Notes under the pieces: model-generated
The model's input: the letters and a program-made list of their open reading frames with translations, nothing else
What the model was told of the DNA's origin: nothing
The model's database searches: none
Translations under genes and position numbers: made by a program
Assembly (NCBI RefSeq): GCF_000007145.1
Contig: NC_003902.1
Location: 3,266,497-3,298,496, forward strand
Reading direction: 5' to 3'
DNA: 32,000 bases
DNA from: Xanthomonas campestris pv. campestris str. ATCC 33913
Lineage (GTDB): Bacteria; Pseudomonadota; Gammaproteobacteria; Xanthomonadales; Xanthomonadaceae
Part shown: positions 21,707 through 29,510 of the stretch, in pieces
Numbering within the stretch: the stretch's first letter is position 1
Layout: each line of letters starts with the position of its first letter

Positions 21707-23307
21707 GCCTCGCCTCCCCACGCGTGTGGCTTGGCAACGGCGTCATCCTGCTGGCCTTGGCGGTACTGGCCGCCTGGTTGGGCAGCCTGCATGCGGGCCC
21801 GTGGTGGAGCGCCCCCGCCCCACACCGTTGGCAATGGGCGGGCCTCAGCCTGGCGGCTTACGCCATCGTCTGTTTCGGCCTGTGGCTGCGCGGGCGTCCA
21901 CGCGTTGCGGCTGCGCGCGGCGATGACAGCAACCTGCTGATCGCCTGGGCGAGCCAGACCGGGTTCGCGCGTGAATTGGCCGAACGCAGCGCCACTGCCC
22001 TGCAGCAGGCCGGCGTCGGTGCGCATGCATTGCCGCTGGACGCGTTGGATGCCAATCAACTATCGCGCGTGCCGCGCCTGCTCTGCATCGTCAGCACCAC
22101 CGGCGAAGGCGATGCACCCGATCACGTACAAGCAGCCGAGCGCACCTGGCTCGCCGGCAGCGATACCGATCTGGCCGCGCTGCGTTACGCGGTCGTGGCG
22201 CTGGGCGACCGCCGTTACGCGCAGTTCTGCGCATTTGGGCGGCGCCTGGATGCACGCTTGCAGGCGCAAGGTGCAACCCCCTTGTTCGCACGCATCGAGG
22301 TCGACAACGCCGAGCCGCAGTCCCTGCAGCAGTGGCAGCAAAGGCTGGCTGAACTGGCACCGGCACTGGCGACGCAAGCGGATTGGAGTGTGCCCAGTTA
22401 TGCCGACTGGCAGCTGCAGCAGCGCGTGCATATCAATCCGGGCAGCGCGGGCGCCGCGGTGTATCGCTTGCGCCTGATCCCGTGCGGCGGTCATTTGCCG
22501 CAGTGGAGCGCGGGCGACATTGCCGAAATCCGCCCGCAGCATTCGCCACAAGTGGTGGAGACCTGGCTGCAGCGGCATCTGCTGGACGGCACCCAACAGG
22601 TGCAGGGGCGTTCGTTGCACGCCTGGCTCAGCGGCGCGACCCTGCCTGACGACAGCCCCGACATCACTTCGCTGGATGCATGGGTACACACGCTGGCAGC
22701 GCTGCCACACCGCGACTACTCGCTGGCCTCGCTCCCCGACGAAGGCCATGCCGAACTGCTGATCCGTCAACACCTGCATGCCGATGGCACGCCCGGCCTG
22801 GGAAGCGGCTGGCTTTGCCGGGCGGCTCCAATCGGCGCGCGCATCGCGCTACGCGTGCGGACCAATCCCGGCTTCCACCCGCCCGCCGCCGCGCAACCGA
22901 TGCTGCTGATCGGCAATGGCACCGGGATCGCCGGCTTGCGTGCACACCTGCGCGCGCGCATCGCCGCCGGTGCGCGCCGCAACTGGCTGTTGTTCGGCGA
23001 ACGCAACGCAGCCTACGACACGCTCTATGGCGATGAACTCGAACACTGGCAGCGCGACGGCTGGATCGAACGACTGGACCGCGTCTATTCCCGCGACAGT
23101 AGCCAGCCGCATCGCTACGTTCAACACGCCTTGGCCGCCGCGGCGGCGGACGTGCGCGCATGGGTGGCGCAAGGCGCCTGCGTGTACGTCTGCGGCAGCC
23201 TGCGCGGCATGGCCCCGGAGGTCGATGCCACCCTCGACAGCATTCTGGGAACCGACCTCAAACACGCACTACTCAGCAGCGGGCGGTATCGTCGCGACGT
23301 GTACTGA
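21703..23307 (+). CDS. Membrane-anchored diflavin reductase (flavodoxin plus FAD/NADPH FNR domains; CysJ/CPR-like; equivalent to the PiuB C-terminal region)
   Basis: The ORF is 534 aa and overlaps the apbE stop as ATGA. It has two N-terminal hydrophobic helices. The FMN motifs are LLIAWASQTGFARELA, CIVSTTGEGDAPD and VVALGDRRYAQFCAFG. RDYSLAS is the FAD RxYS motif and LLIGNGTGIAGLRAHL is the NADPH motif. The C-terminal part reads VYVCGSLRGMAPEV...GRYRRDVY. Confidence 0.87.
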   Translation: MSLASPRVWLGNGVILLALAVLAAWLGSLHAGPWWSAPAPHRWQWAGLSLAAYAIVCFGLWLRGRPRVAAARGDDSNLLIAWASQTGFARELAERSATALQQAGVGAHALPLDALDANQLSRVPRLLCIVSTTGEGDAPDHVQAAERTWLAGSDTDLAALRYAVVALGDRRYAQFCAFGRRLDARLQAQGATPLFARIEVDNAEPQSLQQWQQRLAELAPALATQADWSVPSYADWQLQQRVHINPGSAGAAVYRLRLIPCGGHLPQWSAGDIAEIRPQHSPQVVETWLQRHLLDGTQQVQGRSLHAWLSGATLPDDSPDITSLDAWVHTLAALPHRDYSLASLPDEGHAELLIRQHLHADGTPGLGSGWLCRAAPIGARIALRVRTNPGFHPPAAAQPMLLIGNGTGIAGLRAHLRARIAAGARRNWLLFGERNAAYDTLYGDELEHWQRDGWIERLDRVYSRDSSQPHRYVQHALAAAAADVRAWVAQGACVYVCGSLRGMAPEVDATLDSILGTDLKHALLSSGRYRRDVY

Positions 23308-23419
23308 TGGTCGTTATTGCAAGCGAAACTCCACTGCTGTGAACGGATATGTTGCGCTTCACTTGTTAGCCGCAGTGCAGCGGCTTGCATGGATCTGCAC
23401 ATGCAACGGCCCCGTGAAG

Positions 23420-23443
23420 CTGCACCTGCACCTGCACCTGCAT
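23420..23443. repeat. Hexanucleotide microsatellite (CTGCAC)x3 plus CTGCAT
   Basis: I read it directly in the convergent intergenic region between the reductase gene and hutD. Confidence 0.85.
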
Positions 23444-23459
23444 CTGAAAGTCCACCACC

Positions 23460-24056
23460 TCAGCCAGCCGGACTCACCCGGATCGCCAGCAGTTCGCCGC
23501 CGCCATCCAGCACGAAGCGGCTGCGCGTTCGCGCCGACAACCACGCGGTGTCACCGGCCAGCAACGGCGGCAACCCGCTATCGCGGCCAAAACTTGCCTG
23601 CCCGGCAAGCAGATGGATCGCCCAGGCACTGCCGGGGTCGGCAAAGAACAGCATCGTGCCCACCAGCGGGCGGTGCAGCAGCTCGGTCTGCAACACAGCG
23701 CGCCGCCACATCAGGTTGAAGTCCTGCGTCGGCCCGTCGCCCAGCACCGCGGTGACCGCCTCCTCGCCCGCGAACCGCAGCCGCTGATACGGCGGCAGCA
23801 AGCTGTGCTGCCGCCCGTCGCCAAACTGCAGCTGCATGCCATTGCCACGCAGCAACACCAGCTCGCGGTCGATCCCGGGAAACGCGGAGAACGCCGCGTC
23901 CTGCTCGATCTCGGCAATCGACAGGCGCAGCGCCCAGGCATCGTCGGGCTCTCCCAGCCGCAGGATCTCGCGGGTCCAGCCCAACTGGTTGCGCCACCGC
24001 TCACGGCGGTACTCGGTGGCCGGGATCACCCGGCTGCTCAGGTCTGTCAGCTGCAT
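23460..24056 (-). CDS. hutD: HutD/Ves-family protein
   Basis: I trimmed track ORF 23460..24074 (TTG start) to the ATG at 24056 (MQLTDLSSRVIPATEYRRERWRNQLGWTREI...). The overall pattern matches the HutD (DUF886) cupin-like family as I recall it. Confidence 0.72.
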   Translation of the reverse strand: MQLTDLSSRVIPATEYRRERWRNQLGWTREILRLGEPDDAWALRLSIAEIEQDAAFSAFPGIDRELVLLRGNGMQLQFGDGRQHSLLPPYQRLRFAGEEAVTAVLGDGPTQDFNLMWRRAVLQTELLHRPLVGTMLFFADPGSAWAIHLLAGQASFGRDSGLPPLLAGDTAWLSARTRSRFVLDGGGELLAIRVSPAG

Positions 24057-24389
24057 CGGCGCATTGTGCCGCAAGCGTGCATGTGTGCCTGCATGAGTGT
24101 GTTTGCCTGCCTACTTGCCCATGTCCAGACGAGCGCACGCGCGCAATTGCCATCGCGTACGTCCATACCGAAAGTGCCATCATCAAGATGCCGAGACATC
24201 AGCATCAGTCTCCGGCGTACTGATGCGTACCGCAGAACACATGGCAGTGCGGAACACGTATGCAAGGTCGCGCGCGTACACCACGCAGCCCACCGTCAAG
24301 CCAGAGATCAGCGTCACGCCCATACCGGATCCGGCACTACAGCCACCTAACCCGGGCTGCGCAGCTGGCTGCTATGAAGCACCCAAACG

Positions 24390-24428
24390 AAAAACGCCCG
24401 GCTGCACATCCAAGTGCAACACCGGGCG
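24390..24428 (-). terminator. Rho-independent terminator of the ComEA-like gene
   Basis: On the minus strand CGCCCGG (24428-24422) pairs with CCGGGCG (24401-24395). There is an inner TGCAC/GTGCA helix. A U5 run follows, complementary to A24390-24394. Confidence 0.6.
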
Positions 24429-24530
24429 ATTTCACGTCCTTGTCGGCTTCCAGCCATCCCCCAGACATCCTGTCCAGTTAGGTTGCGGCCACGCATCCTC
24501 GCGTCGAACCGTATCTCGGATCCCTTCCCC

Positions 24531-24863
24531 TTAACGCCGTCCCACCGGTTTCACCGCCGCCCCCTTGGCAGCCTTCTTGGCGGGAGCCATCGTGGCGCCC
24601 ACTTCGATCAGGTCTCGATTCCGTTCGACCGTCTTGAGTCCGATGCCCTTGACCAGTGCCAGTTCCTCGGCACTTTTGAAGGGACCGTTTGCCTGACGGT
24701 GCTCGACGATTGCCTCGGCTTTTGATCGCCCGACATTCATCAGCACCTTGTCCAATTCCTCAGCAGACGCGGTGTTGATATCGACCTTGTCGAGTGCATA
24801 CGCATTCGAGGACAACAACAACGCCAGTAGCAGGGACTTCAGGACTACGGTAAATGACTTCAT
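24531..24863 (-). CDS. ComEA-like helix-hairpin-helix DNA-binding protein, secreted
   Basis: I trimmed the track ORF to the ATG at 24863, which follows an AAGGAG ribosome-binding site. The signal peptide is MKSFTVVLKSLLLALLLSSNAYA. The HhH region is DINTASAEELDKV...GIGLKTVERN. The tail is basic: APAKKAAKGAAVKPVGRR. Confidence 0.82.
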   Translation of the reverse strand: MKSFTVVLKSLLLALLLSSNAYALDKVDINTASAEELDKVLMNVGRSKAEAIVEHRQANGPFKSAEELALVKGIGLKTVERNRDLIEVGATMAPAKKAAKGAAVKPVGRR

Positions 24864-25062
24864 TGCAACGCTCCTTGTGGCTTGGGTGATGGTCCTAGCC
24901 AGCATTCCTGCCGGCGGAGCCAGTGTCCCGCGCCACATGCAGCAATCCTATCGCCAACGAACTTTTCACACAGCCGGTGAACTGCGCGGTGCCTTGTAGG
25001 GAAATCCCTACCCCCTGGCTGCGGCGTAGAATGTGCCATTACGTCACGCATTCGGAGCCCGT

Positions 25063-26556
25063 ATGGATAGCGCCAAGATCGACCAATTCGCCAGCGACAC
25101 GTGGGATCGCGAGATCGTCCCGCAACTGGTCGATTACATCCGCATCCCCAACAAGTCGCCGATGTTCGATGCCGACTGGGTCGCGCATGGCTATATGGAA
25201 CAGGCCGTCACCCTGATGGAAACCTGGGCACGCGCCCAGGCCATCGACGGCATGCAGGTCGAGGTGGTGCGCCTGGAAGGCCGCACGCCGTTGATCTTCA
25301 TCGAGATCCCGGCCACCGGGTCGGAGTCGGGCGAGGACACCGTGCTGCTGTACGGCCACCTGGACAAGCAGCCGGAAATGACCGGCTGGGATGCCGATCT
25401 CGGCCCCTGGGAGCCGGTGCTGCGCGACGACAAACTGTATGGGCGCGGCGGCGCGGACGATGGCTACGCGATCTTCGGCTCGCTGGCTGCGGTGATGGCG
25501 CTGCGTGCACAAGGCCTGCCGCATGCGCGCTGCGTGGTGCTGATCGAAGCCTGCGAGGAATCCGGTAGCTACGACCTGCCCGCCTATGTGGACCACCTGG
25601 CCGAGCGCATTGGCAAGCCGTCGCTGGTGGTGTGCCTGGATTCGGGTTGCGGCAACTACGAGCAGCTGTGGTGCACGACTTCGTTGCGTGGCCTGACCGG
25701 CGGCAACCTGACCGTGAAGGTGCTGGAGGAAGGCGTGCACTCGGGCGACGCGTCCGGCGTGGTGCCGTCCAGCTTCCGCCTGCTGCGCCAGCTGCTGTCG
25801 CGGATCGAGGACGAAACCAGCGGACGCATCCTGCTCGATGGCCTGCACGTGGACGTGCCCGCCGAGCGACTGGCACAGGCCCGCAGTGCGGCGGCAACGC
25901 TGGACACGGCCATCTTCGACAAGTTTCCGATGGTGGACGGGCTGGTGCCGATGCACGAGGACCTCACCGAGCTGGTGTTGAACCGGACCTGGCGCCCGGC
26001 CTTGTCGGTCACGGGTGTGGATGGCATGCCGCCGCTGGCCTCGGCCGGCAACGTGCTGCGTCCGCAGACCGCGGTGAAGCTGTCGCTGCGCCTGCCGCCC
26101 ACTGCTGACGGCAAGGCCTGCGGCGAGCTGCTCAAGCAGGCCTTGCTGCGCGACCCACCGAACGGCGCGCAGGTCACGCTGGAACTGGAAAAGGCCTCCT
26201 CCGGCTGGAGCGCGCCGGGCATGGCGCCGTGGCTGGAGAAAGCCATCGACGACGCCAGCCGCGCCTTCTTCGACAAGCCGGCGATGTACATGGGCGAAGG
26301 CGGCTCGATCCCGTTCATGGGCATGCTGGGCGAGAAATTCCCCGGTGCGCAGTTCATGATCACCGGCGTGCTCGGCCCGCATTCCAATGCGCATGGCCCG
26401 AACGAATTCCTGCACATCCCGATGGGCAAGCGCGTCACCGCCTGCGTTTCCAAGGTGATCACCGAGCACCACGCCGCCTGCCTGCGTGGCGAGACCAGCG
26501 GCTCGCCGGTGGCAGCGGACAGCGGCACCCGACATGGTGGACATGGCTGCTGCTGA
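25063..26556 (+). CDS. M20-family metallopeptidase (ArgE/DapE/dipeptidase-like)
   Basis: I trimmed the track ORF to the ATG at 25063 (MDSAKIDQF...), which follows a GGAG ribosome-binding site. The metal-ligand motifs are LLYGHLDKQP, YGRGGADDGY and IEACEESGS. Confidence 0.85.
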   Translation: MDSAKIDQFASDTWDREIVPQLVDYIRIPNKSPMFDADWVAHGYMEQAVTLMETWARAQAIDGMQVEVVRLEGRTPLIFIEIPATGSESGEDTVLLYGHLDKQPEMTGWDADLGPWEPVLRDDKLYGRGGADDGYAIFGSLAAVMALRAQGLPHARCVVLIEACEESGSYDLPAYVDHLAERIGKPSLVVCLDSGCGNYEQLWCTTSLRGLTGGNLTVKVLEEGVHSGDASGVVPSSFRLLRQLLSRIEDETSGRILLDGLHVDVPAERLAQARSAAATLDTAIFDKFPMVDGLVPMHEDLTELVLNRTWRPALSVTGVDGMPPLASAGNVLRPQTAVKLSLRLPPTADGKACGELLKQALLRDPPNGAQVTLELEKASSGWSAPGMAPWLEKAIDDASRAFFDKPAMYMGEGGSIPFMGMLGEKFPGAQFMITGVLGPHSNAHGPNEFLHIPMGKRVTACVSKVITEHHAACLRGETSGSPVAADSGTRHGGHGCC

Positions 26557-26575
26557 GGCAGCGCACTGCGACGAT

Positions 26576-26605
26576 CGGCCGGCCTGGCGCACTGCGGGCC
26601 GGCCG
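26576..26605 (+). terminator. Possible weak terminator hairpin after the M20 gene
   Basis: CGGCCGGCC (26576-26584) pairs with GGCCGGCCG (26597-26605) around a 12-nt loop. The following T content is poor (GCTGTCTTG). GCGCACTGCG occurs twice, at 26561 and 26587. Confidence 0.35.
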
Positions 26606-26719
26606 GCTGTCTTGACCGCACGGCTGCAAGCGCTCCGTGCAACCACCCCGCGTCGATCTGCACATGGCGTCGGTGACGCGCAATGCTAGTCTGCCGCTCT
26701 TCTTCCCGCTGGTGCTGCA

Positions 26720-26992
26720 ATGAACAACCTGTTTGGTAGCGACAGTTGGCTGTACATCATCCTGGTCGGCTTCGTGGTCGGTCTGCTGGCACGTTTCATT
26801 ACTCCGGGCACGCAACGGCTGGGCTGCCTGCTCACCATCGTGCTGGGCATCGCCGGTGCCTTGCTGGCCAGTTGGTTCGGCCGCTACATGGGCTGGTACC
26901 ACGCCGGCGAACCGGCAGGCTTCCTGGGCGCGTTGCTGGGCGCCATCGCCATCCTGGCCCTGCTGCGCCTGTTCAGCGGCAGCAAGCGCTAA
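26720..26992 (+). CDS. GlsB/YeaQ/YmgE-family (transglycosylase-associated) small stress membrane protein
   Basis: The 90-aa ORF has three hydrophobic Gly-rich helices. It reads WLYIILVGFVVGLLARFITPG...LLTIVLGIAGALLASW. Confidence 0.85.
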   Translation: MNNLFGSDSWLYIILVGFVVGLLARFITPGTQRLGCLLTIVLGIAGALLASWFGRYMGWYHAGEPAGFLGALLGAIAILALLRLFSGSKR

Positions 26993-27046
26993 GACATCCC
27001 TCCTTCTGCGGCGTGCGTTGCGCGCCGTTTTACTGTGCGCTTTGCC

Positions 27047-28084
27047 ATGACTTCATCGCTTTCTTCCGATACCTCGCGTGACAGCCAGCGCCTGCAGTGG
27101 GCGCGGCAGGCGCTGGGCGATCCACAGGCCACGCTGCAGCGTGCGTCGGTGGATGCCGGTTTTCGCAGTTACTGGCGCAGCCAGGGCGCCGGGCCGGATC
27201 GCATCGTGATGGATTCGCCGCCGGATCTGGAAAATGTGGCGCCGTGGCTGCGCATGCGCGACCTGCTCGAGCAGCACGGCGTGCGCGTGCCGCAGGTGCT
27301 GGCGCGCGACCTGGACGCAGGCTTGCTGTTGCTCGAAGACCTGGGGGTGCCGACGCTGGCACAGGCGCTCACCGATTCCACGGCTGATGCTCTGCTTGAG
27401 GCGGCGATCAGCCAACTGCTGTTGCTGCAGCACATCCCGCCGCCCGACGGCAGCGGCGTGTTTGGCGAAGCGCTGCTGCAACGCGATGCCGGCCTGTTCG
27501 AGGAATGGTTTCTTGGCCGCCACCTGGGCTTGCAGCTCGACTGCGCGCACGCAGAGCAATTGCAGCTGGTGCAACGCCGTCTGATGGATAACGCGCTGGC
27601 GCAAGCTCGCGTGTTCACCCATCGCGACTTCATGCCGCGCAACCTGATGCCGGTCGCTGACGGCCCGGCGGTGCTGGACTTCCAGGACTGCGTGGTCGGC
27701 CCGATCGCCTACGACCCGATCAGCCTGTTCAAGGACACCTCGGTGAGCTGGCCACTAGCGCGTGTGGACGCGTGGCTGGCGCAATACCACGCACGTGCGC
27801 AGGTGGCCGGCTTGCCGGTGCCGGCGTGGCCGCAGTTCCTGCGCGATGCGGACTGGATGGGCGTGCAGCGGCATCTGAAAAACCTCGGCATTTTTTCGCG
27901 ATTGAGTTACCGCGATGGCAAGCACTGGTACCTGGACAACGTGCCGCGCTTCATCACCTACCTGGACGAAGTGTTGCCGCGCCATGCCGAATTGGCACCC
28001 TTGATCGACTTGCTCGACCAGCAGATCAAACCCGCACTGGCCGCACGCATGGCACACGGCAACGCCAATGGAACCGCCGCATGA
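27047..28084 (+). CDS. amgK: Anomeric MurNAc/GlcNAc kinase (aminoglycoside-phosphotransferase fold)
   Basis: The start is the ATG at 27047 (MTSSLSSD...). It has an APH-type kinase core (FTHRDFMPRNLM, LDFQD) and is ATGA-coupled to a murU homologue, the known amgK-murU pairing. Confidence 0.75.
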   Translation: MTSSLSSDTSRDSQRLQWARQALGDPQATLQRASVDAGFRSYWRSQGAGPDRIVMDSPPDLENVAPWLRMRDLLEQHGVRVPQVLARDLDAGLLLLEDLGVPTLAQALTDSTADALLEAAISQLLLLQHIPPPDGSGVFGEALLQRDAGLFEEWFLGRHLGLQLDCAHAEQLQLVQRRLMDNALAQARVFTHRDFMPRNLMPVADGPAVLDFQDCVVGPIAYDPISLFKDTSVSWPLARVDAWLAQYHARAQVAGLPVPAWPQFLRDADWMGVQRHLKNLGIFSRLSYRDGKHWYLDNVPRFITYLDEVLPRHAELAPLIDLLDQQIKPALAARMAHGNANGTAA

Positions 28085-28791
28085 AGGCGTTGATCTTTGC
28101 TGCCGGATTCGGTGAGCGCATGCGTCCGTTGACCGAACACACGCCCAAGCCGCTGTTGTCGGTGGGCGGCACGCCGTTGATCGTCTGGCATCTGCGCAAG
28201 TTGGCTGCACTGGGCGTGGACGAGGTGGTCATCAATACGTCGTGGCTGGCTGCGCAGTTTCCGCAGGTGCTGGGCGATGGCAGCGCCTTCGGGCTGCGTC
28301 TGACCTATTCCTACGAAGGCAGCACCCCGCTGGAAACCGGCGGCGGCATGCTGCACGCGCTGCCGTTGCTGGGCGATGCGCCCTTCCTGCTGGTCAATGG
28401 CGACATCTGGAGCGACATCGACTTCGCCACGCTCGACATCGCAGCCGACAGCCTGGCAACGCTGGTGCTGGTCGACGCGCCAGCCTATGCGGCACGCGCG
28501 GATTTTGCGTTGACTCACGAGGGCAAGATCAGCAGCACGGCGATGCCGACGCTCACCTATGCCGGCATCGGTCTGTATCGCCCGGCCTTACTGCACGCGT
28601 GGGAACGTGTGATCGGGCCGCTTCCCAGCACCGGTGAGGCCCCGCCGCGCTTCCCGTTGGCGCCGATCCTGCGCGCGCAAATGGCGGCTGGCCGGATCGA
28701 TGGCGTGCACCACCGTGGTCGCTGGACCGATGTAGGCACACCACAGCGGCTGGCCGAGCTGGATGCACAACTGACTCAGCGCCGCGACTGA
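28081..28791 (+). CDS. murU: N-acetylmuramate alpha-1-phosphate uridylyltransferase
   Basis: The sequence MKALIFAAGFGERMRPLTEHTPKPLL...LETGGGMLHALPLLGDAPFLLVNGDIW closely resembles Pseudomonas MurU as I recall it. Confidence 0.8.
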   Translation: MKALIFAAGFGERMRPLTEHTPKPLLSVGGTPLIVWHLRKLAALGVDEVVINTSWLAAQFPQVLGDGSAFGLRLTYSYEGSTPLETGGGMLHALPLLGDAPFLLVNGDIWSDIDFATLDIAADSLATLVLVDAPAYAARADFALTHEGKISSTAMPTLTYAGIGLYRPALLHAWERVIGPLPSTGEAPPRFPLAPILRAQMAAGRIDGVHHRGRWTDVGTPQRLAELDAQLTQRRD

Positions 28792-28808
28792 GCGCGGCAG
28801 CGCCGTCG

Positions 28809-29510
28809 TCAGGACGTGCGGTCGCCGAGCACGCGGCGCAGGAACGGCACCGTCACCCGCCGCTGCGCAGCCAGGGATTCACGGTCCAACCGGTCCAGCA
28901 AGGCCACCAACCCGGCCAGCTCACGCTCGCTGTGGGTCAGCAGCCAATCGATCGCAGCCTCGTCCAGCGCGAGCCCGCGCCGCTGCGCGCGGTCGCGTAA
29001 GACCGCCGCGCGTGCAACGTCGTCCAGCACCGGCAAACTGATGCGGACGCATTGCGACAGGCGTGAGCGCAGGTCGGGCAATACCAGCGCCAGGCCGTCA
29101 GGCATCTGGCGGGCGGTGTACAACAAGGTGATCCCGGCAGCGCGCGCACGGTTGTGGAAATCGAACAGCGCCACTTCGTCCTCGCACTGGCCGGCAATGC
29201 TGTCCACGCCGTCCAGCGCCACCAGGCTGCGCCCTTCCAACGCTTCGAGCGCATCGCGCAAGCGGCCAGCCGCCGCCTGCAACGGCAGGTAGGCCGAGCT
29301 GCGCCCGGCCTGCTCGGCCGCCGCGCAGACCGACAAGGCCAGATGGGTCTTGCCGGTGCCGCTTGGGCCGGCCAGATACAGCCAGTCGCTCAGCTGGCCG
29401 GCGGCGAAGGCCTGCAGTTGCGCGATCAAACCGTCCGGTGCGGCGATATAGCTGTCCAGTCGCTGGTCGGAAGGCGCACGCAACGCCAACGGCAATTGCG
29501 GCACGCTCAC
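28809..29510 (-). CDS. hda: DnaA regulatory inactivator Hda
   Basis: The 233-aa ORF has a GTG start. It begins MSVPQLPLAL and contains the AAA+ Walker A motif LAGPSGTGKTHL, the Walker B motif LVALDGVD and a DnaA-domain-III-like remainder. Confidence 0.85.
   Translation of the reverse strand: MSVPQLPLALRAPSDQRLDSYIAAPDGLIAQLQAFAAGQLSDWLYLAGPSGTGKTHLALSVCAAAEQAGRSSAYLPLQAAAGRLRDALEALEGRSLVALDGVDSIAGQCEDEVALFDFHNRARAAGITLLYTARQMPDGLALVLPDLRSRLSQCVRISLPVLDDVARAAVLRDRAQRRGLALDEAAIDWLLTHSERELAGLVALLDRLDRESLAAQRRVTVPFLRRVLGDRTS

Noticed and set aside
24097-24534. A 145-aa plus-strand ORF in the hutD / ComEA-like gap.
   Set aside because: It is Cys/His/Arg/Pro-rich with atypical composition. It has no ribosome-binding site or domain motif, and it runs through the minus-strand terminator of the ComEA-like gene.
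25039-26646. A 535-aa minus-strand ORF. The 354-aa ORF 25656..26720 falls in the same category.
   Set aside because: It is antisense to the M20 peptidase gene, which has clear metal-ligand motifs. The translation is Arg/Ala/Gly-rich with no domain signature.
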